DNA of 24,996 nt from a virus (Duplodnaviria > Heunggongvirae > Uroviricota > Caudoviricetes). The stretch is from IMG/VR virus record IMGVR_UViG_3300045988_118627, one strand, 5' to 3'. Of the stretch, positions 8,840 to 17,287 are shown one piece after another. A program made the translations under genes and the position numbers. Each line of letters opens with the position of its first letter. Positions within the stretch are counted from its first letter, which is position 1. Below the pieces are notes generated by a model. That model was not told the origin of the DNA and did no database searches. It saw only the letters and a list, made by a program, of their open reading frames with translations.

Positions 8840-9361
8840 ATCCCTATCCCAATCGTAAAAAAACAAGGCTAATCCTAACAGGATTAGCGGGCATGACAAA
8901 CTCATAGCCATATAGGTGTGCTGTATAAATTAGCGGGATGAGAAAGCCTGCACAGACCCTCATGTTGAAACTTGATTTTAGCTCAAAAGAGCTGACACTA
9001 AATAACTGCGCGGAATAATGCTCCACTTTCGGTTAGCCCTTGGCCCTTGCTGGGTAAGGCGTGGGGCCGTTTTCTTCGCCTGATCCTGCTGTATCTGGCC
9101 TACAGTATGTTGTCCTTACGCGACATGCCACATGTCAGTAAACGGCAGGTGTAGCAGTATTAGACGCAGCTATTTAGTGTGTATTAAGCTGGCTCATATT
9201 TATGACTGGTTTCAAGGTTTGACCGATTTTCATGTCATGCATGTCTATGCTGCATGAGTTCGCATGATCGTTTGAGGATCGGTTTGGCTAAGACATGCCA
9301 GAACTGGCGGGCTTTTGCTCATGTCATGCAGGTGCATGAAAACTACTACATAAAGCGGGCA

Positions 9362-9380
9362 GGCGTGGCGGGGATACGAG
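9362..9380. other. Candidate cos (cohesive end) site of the P2/186 family
   Basis: GGCGTGGCGGGGATACGAG shares its first 13 nt with the 19-nt cohesive ends of 186/P2 as recalled (GGCGTGGCGGGGAAAGCAT / GGCGAGGCGGGGAAAGCAC). It lies in a 620-bp non-coding region with repeated CATG-containing motifs. Confidence 0.35.
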
Positions 9381-9532
9381 CGCGCGTTAAGCCATATAAG
9401 AGTTATATATTGATTTGATTGCTGGACATACATACAGTATCGCTCTATCATCTAATAAATCTTAGGGTATTTGACAATGTTTGGATAAAATGGAACCTAA
9501 CTTATTCATAATCCGCTAAACAGGGATGTCAG

Positions 9533-10447
9533 ATGCCATACCAATTGGTAGAGCTTAGCCCCGTAGCTAACGATCTTGAACAGTTAGGAACCAAAGAGAA
9601 GTTTTGGTTCTATTTCTCCGATGACACTGTAAATTTGCAGTTGTTTAAGTACTCTAGGCCAGGTACTGGCGAGCATTGGTCTGAAAAGTGTGCTGCTGAG
9701 TTATGTCATTTGCTTAACATTCCACATGCTAGCTATGATTTGGCGCGATACAATGGTCGATTCGGTGTGGTGACTCAGAATATCATTCCATCTGGTTTCC
9801 GGATGGTAATGGGAAATGAAGTGCTTCACAGTTCGACATTCGATTATCCTGGGCCTTTACAAGCCGGGGAAAAGCCGGTAAGGGTCAGAGAACACACTGT
9901 CACAAGGGTCTTGGGTTGTTTAGATAGGGAATCTATCAAGCCTCCTCCGAGTGTATATGATCTAACCGGGCTAAATGCAGCAGATGTATTTTGTGGATAT
10001 TTGATGCTCGATGCACTTGTGAGTAATCAAGATCGCCACCATGAAAATTGGGCAATCATGCTTAACAATGAAACTGGTGAGCAGTTTTTGTGTCCAACAT
10101 ACGATCATGCCGCTAGTTTAGGAAGGGAGATGTTAGATGATGAGCGTAACGAACGGCTTAATACTAAAGATAAAAATCGACAAATCCCATGTTTTGTAAG
10201 AAAAGCTCGCTCTGAGCTATTCAAAGCAAAAACTGATAAAAAGCCCTTGCTGACTGTTGAAGCATTTCAACATGCAGTTGAAGGGAGAGTTGCCGCTCGC
10301 GACCATTGGTTAGGTAAGTTGAGCGTTTTAACAGAAGATTCCATTACAGATGTGTTTAACCAAGTGCCTTCATCGTGTATATCCGACAGTGCACGTAGAT
10401 TTGCAACGTTAATGGTAATGGAAAATCGCAGAAGGTTACTAGAATGA
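9533..10447 (+). CDS. HipA-like Ser/Thr kinase core (HipT-like, lacking the HipA N-terminal subdomain); candidate toxin/effector
   Basis: 304-aa ORF with LGTKEKFWF (resembles the HipA GxQEK ATP-binding motif), ALVSNQDRHHENWAIML (catalytic-loop-like D-x-H-x-x-N) and CPTYDHAAS (resembles the HipA aPxYD metal-binding motif). Its stop overlaps the next gene's start (ATGA). Confidence 0.65.
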   Translation: MPYQLVELSPVANDLEQLGTKEKFWFYFSDDTVNLQLFKYSRPGTGEHWSEKCAAELCHLLNIPHASYDLARYNGRFGVVTQNIIPSGFRMVMGNEVLHSSTFDYPGPLQAGEKPVRVREHTVTRVLGCLDRESIKPPPSVYDLTGLNAADVFCGYLMLDALVSNQDRHHENWAIMLNNETGEQFLCPTYDHAASLGREMLDDERNERLNTKDKNRQIPCFVRKARSELFKAKTDKKPLLTVEAFQHAVEGRVAARDHWLGKLSVLTEDSITDVFNQVPSSCISDSARRFATLMVMENRRRLLE

Positions 10448-11184
10448 CTAATACAAACTCCGTTTACGTCGCATGGCAGGCACCAGATACCAGAGACTGG
10501 CATGTTGTTGGTAACTTGCAAGAGCGCAAATCGGGGTATGTTTTCAGGTATACCAAAGGTGCTCTTAAATCTTCTAAATTTACAAAGTTTAGCGGCATGA
10601 GTGATGTTCGTGAAACTTATGTATCGGAAGAATTGTTTCCTCTTTTTAAAAATCGCCTTTTATCACCGAGACGTCCAGAGTATCCGAGTTTCATTAAATG
10701 GCTTGGATTTGAAGAAGATAAGGTAAATCCTATCGATATTCTTGCTCGCTCGGGAGGCTTACGAAGCACTGATCAGCTGCAGATTTTCAAAAAAATTGAT
10801 TTTGATTCTGATGGTAACTTTGAGCATTTTTTCTTCTTACATGGACTTGGTTACTTGAATAGCTTAGCTAATGCTCGTGTATCTGAATTGAAACCGGGGC
10901 AAATTTTGCGTCTTTGCTTGGATCTTCAAAATGAATACGATGGGGATGCTGTTGTCGTTCGTGCAGATAAACCAGCTGAAATCGTTGGTTACTGCCCTAG
11001 GTATTTAAGTAATGACATCAAGAAGATGTTATTGGATGATCCAAAATCAATCACTTTAACGGTCGAAAAGATTAGCGATGATGCTCCTCATAACTATCGG
11101 TTATTATGTAAATTATCAGGGGTACTAAGCCAAGCCTGTCAATCGACGCTGATTCCTCAAGATGAGTTTGAACCTATTGAGTAA
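10444..11184 (+). CDS. Fusion protein: HipA N-terminal-subdomain-like (HipS-like) region plus C-terminal HIRAN-like domain
   Basis: N-terminal part ...EELFPLFKNRLLSPRRPEYPSFIKWLGFEEDKVNPIDILARSGGLRSTDQLQIF resembles the HipA N-domain (FNFFDNLLPEG...LARRLGL...LLGRDCAGAL, from memory). C-terminal part ...LRLCLDLQNEYDGDAVVVRADKPAEIVGYCPRYLSNDIKKML fits the HIRAN consensus (L.L.rEpdNpyDpnAi.V...G.lGYvPr). Confidence 0.6.
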   Translation: MTNTNSVYVAWQAPDTRDWHVVGNLQERKSGYVFRYTKGALKSSKFTKFSGMSDVRETYVSEELFPLFKNRLLSPRRPEYPSFIKWLGFEEDKVNPIDILARSGGLRSTDQLQIFKKIDFDSDGNFEHFFFLHGLGYLNSLANARVSELKPGQILRLCLDLQNEYDGDAVVVRADKPAEIVGYCPRYLSNDIKKMLLDDPKSITLTVEKISDDAPHNYRLLCKLSGVLSQACQSTLIPQDEFEPIE

Positions 11185-11190
11185 ATGAAG

Positions 11191-11214
11191 AAAAGCCACC
11201 AAACGGTGGCTTTT
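11191..11214. terminator. Bidirectional intrinsic terminator between the kinase/HIRAN operon and portal gene Q
   Basis: AAAAGCCACC-AAAC-GGTGGCTTTT: 6-bp GC-rich stem with a 4-nt loop, flanked by an A-run and a T-run, between convergent gene ends at 11184 and 11219. Confidence 0.55.
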
Positions 11215-11218
11215 CTTA

Positions 11219-12259
11219 TTATGGGGCTATATCTAGCGAGTAGGTATCAAACCGTATCGCCTCCTTGCCAAGCCAATCATTCATCTCCTGTAATCGCTTT
11301 TGTAGTGGCATTAGCTCATTTCGGACGAATACACGGCTTGCCTTCTCCACATCCCCAAACCCCCCAACATTATTCGGCATAATCCCCATCATTTGCGGTG
11401 GCACACGGTGCGCTGCCATCATGTCATCGCGGCTGACATTTTTGATATTCAGAAACTCATCCTTCGCCGCGACTTCTGACAATGGGATGATCTGAAGTCC
11501 GTCCTTTTTGCCGTTAGGCGAGTACATAAACAGATTGCGGAAGTTACCTGGTCCTTTGGCGCTTTTCATCGCGTTACGGAGGTTGTTTACATCCTCCTGG
11601 TTCTGCGCGGCGTCGGTCATGTACATGATGAAGCCTGCATGACTGCCGTTAATGTAATACTTTCGACGGAACAGCGTGGCGGACTCGTTGAGCAGGGCTG
11701 ACGGAATGGCAGAAAGATAACCGGGCAGGCCGTAGATCTCCTGGTTGATATCCGGTTCCATCAGGTGAAAAATGCTGCCTTTCGTGAACTGATACGGTTG
11801 CGTTGTTATGCCGTATTGCACAAACCAGTAGGTATCCAGGTCTAATCCACGTCGGGTGTATTTTGCCAGGGCAGGCTCAAGGGCGATAACTTCACCGAAT
11901 CGGTTCGTGCGTTTCTCCAGGTAGGCGTTACCAAATACCAGATAGTCCTGCACAAAACGCGAAAAAGCCTGCTGGCTGAGCAGCGGATGAGGGATATAGG
12001 TACTGGTCAGAATGTTGCACTTTACTGCAATCGGGGAACTGTGATGCACGGCGGCGCGGAAGGTGCGCGCCAGTCCGTCAAAGCTGACGGGCGGCTCATA
12101 CCAACGGTCCATCTGTACGCATTCCACATAGTCCAGCAGTTCACGGCGGTCCAGAACAGGAACGGGATCGCCGAAGCTGAATGCTTCGGCTGTAGTTTGA
12201 CTTTTAAGCTGGATCTGTTTCGTCGCCGCAGCTCGGTTCTTCTTACTCTTTCCCATCAA
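11219..12259 (-). CDS. Q: Portal protein (P2 gpQ family)
   Basis: 346-aa ORF directly downstream of and overlapping (ATGA) the large terminase gene, in the P2 Q position; size and gene order match the P2 portal. Confidence 0.88.
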   Translation of the reverse strand: MMGKSKKNRAAATKQIQLKSQTTAEAFSFGDPVPVLDRRELLDYVECVQMDRWYEPPVSFDGLARTFRAAVHHSSPIAVKCNILTSTYIPHPLLSQQAFSRFVQDYLVFGNAYLEKRTNRFGEVIALEPALAKYTRRGLDLDTYWFVQYGITTQPYQFTKGSIFHLMEPDINQEIYGLPGYLSAIPSALLNESATLFRRKYYINGSHAGFIMYMTDAAQNQEDVNNLRNAMKSAKGPGNFRNLFMYSPNGKKDGLQIIPLSEVAAKDEFLNIKNVSRDDMMAAHRVPPQMMGIMPNNVGGFGDVEKASRVFVRNELMPLQKRLQEMNDWLGKEAIRFDTYSLDIAP

Positions 12260-14022
12260 AAAATCTCCACAATATTGCTGGTATTGGCGGATTCGCCCTG
12301 CAGCGGTTCGTTAAACAGTGCGTGCATTGTTGCCCAGGCCAGATCGGCATGGCTGGCTTCTTCGCTGCGGCTGGCTTCATAGGTTGGGCGGTTGCCGCTG
12401 GCGGTGGTGGCGCGACGGATTGCCATAAATGACTGCGCTATGTCGGTGTGTCCGGCGTCAAACTCCAGACGACGGTGACTGATAATGTCGTAGGCCTTGA
12501 GTACCAGGGCGTTTTTAACGTTGGGGTTGTAGACAAACTCCCGGACGGCTGGAAAAAACGCTTTCACGTTCTCGTAAACCCCGTGACCGACGCCGGTCGA
12601 GTCGATGCCGATATAGGTCACGTTGTACTGTTCGGTCAGTTTTTTGATGGCGTCAGCCTGGGCGCGGAAGTCCATCCCGCGCCACTGGTGACGCTCAAGA
12701 ATGCGGAACTTACCACCCGGCACGGCTGGCGGAGCCACCACCACGCATCCGGCACTATCGCCGTTCTGCGTACCTTTTGCCGGGTCATAACCGATCCACA
12801 CCTCGCGCCAGCCAAACGGGCGCAGCGCCAGTGCATGAAAGTCGGTCCAGACTTCCCAGCTGTCCACCATGCACGCCTGCAGCTCGCTGAGCGGAAACAC
12901 GGACGCGAGATCGTCCACAAACTCGCACATCAGCAGGTTCTGGTATTCGTCCGGGCTGTACTCCATGCGCAACTGGTCAAGGTCGAACAGGTTACAGCCG
13001 CCGCGCACCGCATCTTCCACGGTGACTATCTGGCGGTATTGCCCGTCTGCACACAGCAGGCCTGGAGCCAGATTGCTGTGGGACAGGTCGATGTCCACCT
13101 TGTCGGCTTTATTGCGCCCACGGTTGAATAGCGCACCGGACCAGAACGGATAAGCACTGTGTGTCAGGCTGGATGGCGTGGAAAAATAGGTTTGTCGCCA
13201 TTTCTTGTGAATAGCCATACCGGAAGCCACTTTGCGCAGCTCCTGAAATTTCGGTATCCAGAAATATTCATCCAGATACAGGTTGCCGTGGTAACTCTGG
13301 GCCGTGCGGGCATTGGTGCCGAGGAAGTAAAGCGTGGCTCCGTTAGGAAGCACCATCGGATCGCCTTTTAGCTCCACCTCGACTTCTTTGGCGAAGTCGA
13401 TGATGTATTGTTTAAAGACGTGGGCCTGAGCCTTACTGGCAGAAAGGAAAATCTGGTTACGTCCGGTAAGCAGGGCGTCAATCAGGGCTTCACGGGCAAA
13501 ATAGAAGGTTGCGCCGATCTGGCGAGACTTCAGCAGGTTGCGGATGCGGTTGGTTTTTCCGGCTTCCCACCAGTGGCGCTGGTAGTTGAACATGGAGGAA
13601 TGGAAGATTTCTTCCAGCTTCTCAATCTGCTCATCGGTGAAAACATTCTTTTCCGGCTGACGGCGTGGGCCTTTGTTGCGGTTGGCGACGTTAGGGTTTA
13701 AGTCGGCTTCGTTACCGCCATTGTTAAACTTGCCGATCCGCGCGTGGCGCTCCGACTGGCGCGCCAGCAGGTCAATTTCTTTGAAATCTTTCCCTTCTTT
13801 GTGCTCCTTCATAATGAGCTGGCAGTAGCGTGCGGCGGTGGTGAGCTGCATCTGATCCAGCGGCCCATAGTCACCCCACTTGTCGCGTTTCTTCCAGCTG
13901 TGAACGGTTGCAACTTTCTCGCCCAGCATTTCAGCAATGCGGGCTACACGGTATCCCTGAAAGTACAGCAGCATGGCCTGCCGACGGGGATCGAGATCTG
14001 CGGGTGTCAGTGTGGTGTTCAT
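12256..14022 (-). CDS. P: Terminase large (ATPase) subunit (P2 gpP family)
   Basis: 588-aa ORF divergent from the O-N-M-L capsid operon, as for P2 P. The divergent intergenic region carries a late-promoter-like dyad. Confidence 0.9.
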   Translation of the reverse strand: MNTTLTPADLDPRRQAMLLYFQGYRVARIAEMLGEKVATVHSWKKRDKWGDYGPLDQMQLTTAARYCQLIMKEHKEGKDFKEIDLLARQSERHARIGKFNNGGNEADLNPNVANRNKGPRRQPEKNVFTDEQIEKLEEIFHSSMFNYQRHWWEAGKTNRIRNLLKSRQIGATFYFAREALIDALLTGRNQIFLSASKAQAHVFKQYIIDFAKEVEVELKGDPMVLPNGATLYFLGTNARTAQSYHGNLYLDEYFWIPKFQELRKVASGMAIHKKWRQTYFSTPSSLTHSAYPFWSGALFNRGRNKADKVDIDLSHSNLAPGLLCADGQYRQIVTVEDAVRGGCNLFDLDQLRMEYSPDEYQNLLMCEFVDDLASVFPLSELQACMVDSWEVWTDFHALALRPFGWREVWIGYDPAKGTQNGDSAGCVVVAPPAVPGGKFRILERHQWRGMDFRAQADAIKKLTEQYNVTYIGIDSTGVGHGVYENVKAFFPAVREFVYNPNVKNALVLKAYDIISHRRLEFDAGHTDIAQSFMAIRRATTASGNRPTYEASRSEEASHADLAWATMHALFNEPLQGESANTSNIVEIF

Positions 14023-14068
14023 GGCACAAACCTACAGCCTTGAATGACGTCTTTCCCCGCCTGCGGTT

Positions 14069-14086
14069 TGTGTGGTTGTCGGTACA
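14069..14086. promoter_or_regulatory. Candidate late-promoter activator (Ogr/B-type) binding dyad TGT-N12-ACA in the P/O divergent region
   Basis: TGTgtggttgtcggtACA sits about 90 bp upstream of the O start codon in the P-O intergenic region. P2-family late promoters carry a TGT-N12-ACA dyad centred near -55. Confidence 0.4.
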
Positions 14087-14164
14087 AATACCGCGCATTG
14101 TTTCACTGCCCCCATCACCGCAACCATAAGGCTCCAGTAAGTTTTTTCTAACGGAGCACGGCTC

Positions 14165-14998
14165 ATGACAGTGAAAGCAAAGCGTTTTCGCATCGGGGTG
14201 GAAGGTGCCACCACCGACGGACGCGAAATCCAGCGTGAATGGCTGGAACAAATGGCAGCCAGCTACAACCCGGCGGTGTATACCGCGCTGATTAACCTTG
14301 AGCACATCAAGTCTTATCTGCCGGACAGCACCTTTAACCGCTACGGCAAGGTGACGGCGCTGTTTGCTGAAGAAATCACGGAAGGTCCGCTGGCAGGAAA
14401 GATGGCGCTGTATGCCGACGTTGAGCCAACGGAGTCCCTGGTGGAGCTGGTGAAAAAAGGCCAGAAATTATTCACATCTATGGAAGTCAGTCCGAAGTTC
14501 GCTGATACGGGCAAAGCCTACCTGGTTGGCCTGGCTGCCACTGATGACCCTGCCAGTCTGGGTACGGAAATGCTGACATTCAGCGCCAGTGCAGCCCATA
14601 ACCCGCTGGCAAACCGCAAGCAGAATCCCGCCAATCTTTTTACCGCTGCAGAGGAAACGGTGATCGAACTGGAAGAAGTCCAGGACGAAAAACCATCCCT
14701 GTTTGCCCGTGTCACGGCGCTGTTCACCAAAAAAGAGCAGTCCGATGATGCCCGATTCTCTGATGTGCATAAGGCCGTGGAGCTGGTTGCCACTGAGCAG
14801 CAAAACCTGAGTGCGCGCACCGAAAAATCCCTGTCTGAACAGGAAGAACGCCTGTCTGAGCTGGAGACAGCCCTGCAGGCACAGCTGACAGCTTTTAACG
14901 AACTGGTGGACAAGCTGAGCCATGAAGACAGCCGCCAGGACTACCGCCAGCGTGCAACAGGCGGTAACGCCCCCGCTGACACTCTGACCAATTGCTGA
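14165..14998 (+). CDS. O: Capsid scaffolding protein (P2 gpO family)
   Basis: 277-aa ORF MTVKAKRFRIGVEGATTDGREI... is the first gene of the rightward capsid operon, followed by the major capsid gene. Confidence 0.88.
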   Translation: MTVKAKRFRIGVEGATTDGREIQREWLEQMAASYNPAVYTALINLEHIKSYLPDSTFNRYGKVTALFAEEITEGPLAGKMALYADVEPTESLVELVKKGQKLFTSMEVSPKFADTGKAYLVGLAATDDPASLGTEMLTFSASAAHNPLANRKQNPANLFTAAEETVIELEEVQDEKPSLFARVTALFTKKEQSDDARFSDVHKAVELVATEQQNLSARTEKSLSEQEERLSELETALQAQLTAFNELVDKLSHEDSRQDYRQRATGGNAPADTLTNC

Positions 14999-15014
14999 TG
15001 GAGCACAAAACCTG

Positions 15015-16073
15015 ATGAAGAAGAATACCCGCTTTGCTTTTAACGCTTACCTGCAGCAGCTGGCGCGTCTGAACGGTGTGGCAGTTGAAGAACTGTCCAG
15101 CAAGTTCACCGTGGAGCCGTCTGTACAGCAGACGCTGGAAGACCAGATCCAGCAGTCCGCCGCTTTCCTGACGCTGATTAACGTCACGCCAGTGACTGAG
15201 CAGTCCGGTCAGCTGCTGGGGCTGGGTGTTGGCAGCACCATTGCCGGAACCACTGACACCACCGCGAAAGAGCGTGAACCTGTCGATCCGACGCTGATGG
15301 TCGATATGGAATACAAATGCGAGCAGACCAACTTTGACACGGTGCTGACCTACGCGAAGCTGGACTTGTGGGCGAAGTTTCAGGATTTCCAGGTGCGTAT
15401 CCGTGACGCCATCGTGAAACGTCAGGCACTGGACCGCATCATGATCGGCTTTAACGGCGTGAAGCGTGCGAAAACCTCCAACCGTAGCGAAAACCCGCTA
15501 CTGCAGGATGTGAATAAAGGCTGGCTGCAGAAAATCCGTGAGGATGCACCGGATCACGTCATGGGCAGCACCACCACGGGCGGTGAAACCACACCGGGTG
15601 CAGTGAAAGTCGGGAAAGGTGGCGAATATGCCAACCTGGACGCCGTGGTGATGGATGCCGTTAACGAGCTTATCGACGTGGTCTATCAGGACGATGACGA
15701 TCTGGTGGTGATTTGCGGTCGTGAACTGCTATCTGACAAGTATTTCCCGCTGGTCAACAAAGAGCAGGAAAACAGTGAAAAACTGGCTGCCGATATGATC
15801 ATCAGTCAGAAACGCATGGGTGGCCTGCAGGCCGTGCGTGCGCCGTTCTTCCCGCCGAATGCGCTGCTGATCACCCGTCTGGATAACCTGTCCATCTACT
15901 GGCAGGAAGATACCCGCCGCCGTTCAGTTATCGACAACCCGAAACGTGACCGGATTGAAAATTTTGAATCCGTTAACGAAGCCTATGTGGTTGAGGACTA
16001 TCGCTGCGCTGCACTGGTGGAAAACATCCAGATTGGTGACTTCAGCGCCGCCGCAGCAGAAACCGGAGCGTAA
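15015..16073 (+). CDS. N: Major capsid protein (P2 gpN family)
   Basis: 352-aa ORF between the scaffold and small terminase genes; size and position match P2 N. Confidence 0.88.
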   Translation: MKKNTRFAFNAYLQQLARLNGVAVEELSSKFTVEPSVQQTLEDQIQQSAAFLTLINVTPVTEQSGQLLGLGVGSTIAGTTDTTAKEREPVDPTLMVDMEYKCEQTNFDTVLTYAKLDLWAKFQDFQVRIRDAIVKRQALDRIMIGFNGVKRAKTSNRSENPLLQDVNKGWLQKIREDAPDHVMGSTTTGGETTPGAVKVGKGGEYANLDAVVMDAVNELIDVVYQDDDDLVVICGRELLSDKYFPLVNKEQENSEKLAADMIISQKRMGGLQAVRAPFFPPNALLITRLDNLSIYWQEDTRRRSVIDNPKRDRIENFESVNEAYVVEDYRCAALVENIQIGDFSAAAAETGA

Positions 16074-16076
16074 TTC

Positions 16077-16727
16077 ATGAGCCTGAGTCCCGCACGGCAG
16101 CATCGCCTGCGCGTTCAGGCTGAACAGGCCGCTCGCGAGGGTGGCAGTGTTCGCCACGCGTCGGGCTATGACCTGATGCTGCTGCAACTGGCGGAAGACC
16201 GTCGCCGTCTCAAGGGCGTTCAGTCCACGGTAAAAAAAGCGGAAATCAAGGTGGAGCTGCTGCCGAAATATGCTGCCTGGGCGGAGGGCGTTCTGGCTGC
16301 CGGAGGCGCTCAACAGGATGACGTGCTGATGTACGTGATGCTGTGGCGCATTGATGCCGGAGATTATGCCGGGGCGCTGGAGATCGGGCGTCATGCCCTG
16401 CGTCATGGCTGGGTGATGCCGCTGGGTAACCGCAACGTGCAGACCGTGCTGGCAGAGGAAATGGCAGACGCCGCGCAGAGCGCAATGCTTGCCGCCACCG
16501 GCTTTGATGCTGATCTGTTGCTGCAGACGCTGGAGCTGACAGACGGTCTGGATATGCCGGACCAGTCACGGGCGCGTCTGCATAAAGCGATTGGCGTTGT
16601 CCTGAGTGAAAGCAATCCGGCGTCCGCCCTTAATCATCTCAACCATGCGTTACAGCTCGATCCCCGCTGTGGCGTGAAAAAAGACAAACAGCAGCTGGAG
16701 CGCAGACTGCGCAATGACAGCCGCTGA
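16077..16727 (+). CDS. M: Terminase small/endonuclease subunit (P2 gpM family)
   Basis: 216-aa Arg-rich ORF following N, in the P2 M position. Confidence 0.8.
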   Translation: MSLSPARQHRLRVQAEQAAREGGSVRHASGYDLMLLQLAEDRRRLKGVQSTVKKAEIKVELLPKYAAWAEGVLAAGGAQQDDVLMYVMLWRIDAGDYAGALEIGRHALRHGWVMPLGNRNVQTVLAEEMADAAQSAMLAATGFDADLLLQTLELTDGLDMPDQSRARLHKAIGVVLSESNPASALNHLNHALQLDPRCGVKKDKQQLERRLRNDSR

Positions 16728-16822
16728 CAGAACGTGCCCCCGCGCACGGGCGGCACGGGGTGGCGAAAGGCACAGCCTCATCAAAACCCCGTCCACCGCC
16801 CTCTATTTCAGGAGAAAGCAGC

Positions 16823-17287
16823 ATGAAGTTTGTTGCGCCAGAACAGGCACCGGAACAGGCGGAAATCATCAGAAATACGCCGTTCTGGCCTGATGTGGAC
16901 CTGTCGGAGTTTCGCAGTGTCATGCGCACTGACGGCACGGTGACGCAGCCGCGTTTAAAGCAGGTTGCCCTGTCGGCAATTTCGGAGGTCAACGCAGAGC
17001 TGTATGAGTTTCGCAGACGCCAGCAGATGCTGGGGTATGCCTCGCTGGCAGAGGTTCCGGCGGAACAGCTGGACGGGAAAAGTGAGCGCATTCAGCACTA
17101 TTTCAACGCGGTTTACTGCTGGGCACGCGCCATGCTCAACGAACGATACCAGGACTATGACGCCACGGCATCCGGTGTGAAGCGAGGCGAAGAACTGGCG
17201 GAAGCCAGCGGTGATTTGTGGCGTGACGCCCGCTGGGCCATCAGCCGGGTGCAGGATGCGCCGCACTGCACAGTGGAGCTTATCTGA
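16823..17287 (+). CDS. L: Head completion/stabilisation protein (P2 gpL family)
   Basis: From ATG 16823 (GGAG RBS): MKFVAPEQAPEQAEIIRNTPFWPDVDLSEFR...; its stop overlaps the X start. The track start at 16760 is rejected as an extension. Confidence 0.82.
   Translation: MKFVAPEQAPEQAEIIRNTPFWPDVDLSEFRSVMRTDGTVTQPRLKQVALSAISEVNAELYEFRRRQQMLGYASLAEVPAEQLDGKSERIQHYFNAVYCWARAMLNERYQDYDATASGVKRGEELAEASGDLWRDARWAISRVQDAPHCTVELI

Noticed and set aside
8840-8911. Longer start for the 268-aa lipoprotein (track ORF beginning MAMSLSCPLILL...)
   Set aside because: The internal ATG at 8839 yields a canonical lipoprotein signal peptide (MKKLTGVIAFALLLTAC); the upstream 24 codons look like read-through of non-coding sequence.
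9120-9335. Possible CRISPR array suggested by the repeated CATGTCATGCA / GACATGCCA motifs
   Set aside because: Only two copies of each short motif, irregular spacing, and repeats far shorter than CRISPR repeats; no cas genes nearby.
9245-9451. 68-aa minus-strand ORF in the non-coding region containing the cos-like site
   Set aside because: It spans the repeat-rich region and the cos-like sequence, has no RBS and an unusual His/Cys/Met-rich composition; more likely a chance ORF across a regulatory region.
12448-13131. 227-aa plus-strand ORF (and several other 60-100-aa ORFs from 12636 to 14305) inside the terminase P gene
   Set aside because: Antisense or shadow frames within the large terminase coding region; composition and lack of independent start signals argue against real genes.
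14468-14923. Minus-strand ORFs of 131-151 aa inside the scaffold gene O
   Set aside because: Antisense to the scaffold protein ORF; Ser/Arg/Cys-rich low-complexity translations typical of non-coding frames.
16639-17091. 150-aa minus-strand ORF spanning the M/L junction
   Set aside because: Antisense to the well-supported M and L genes, with a Cys/Ser/Ala-rich shadow-frame composition.
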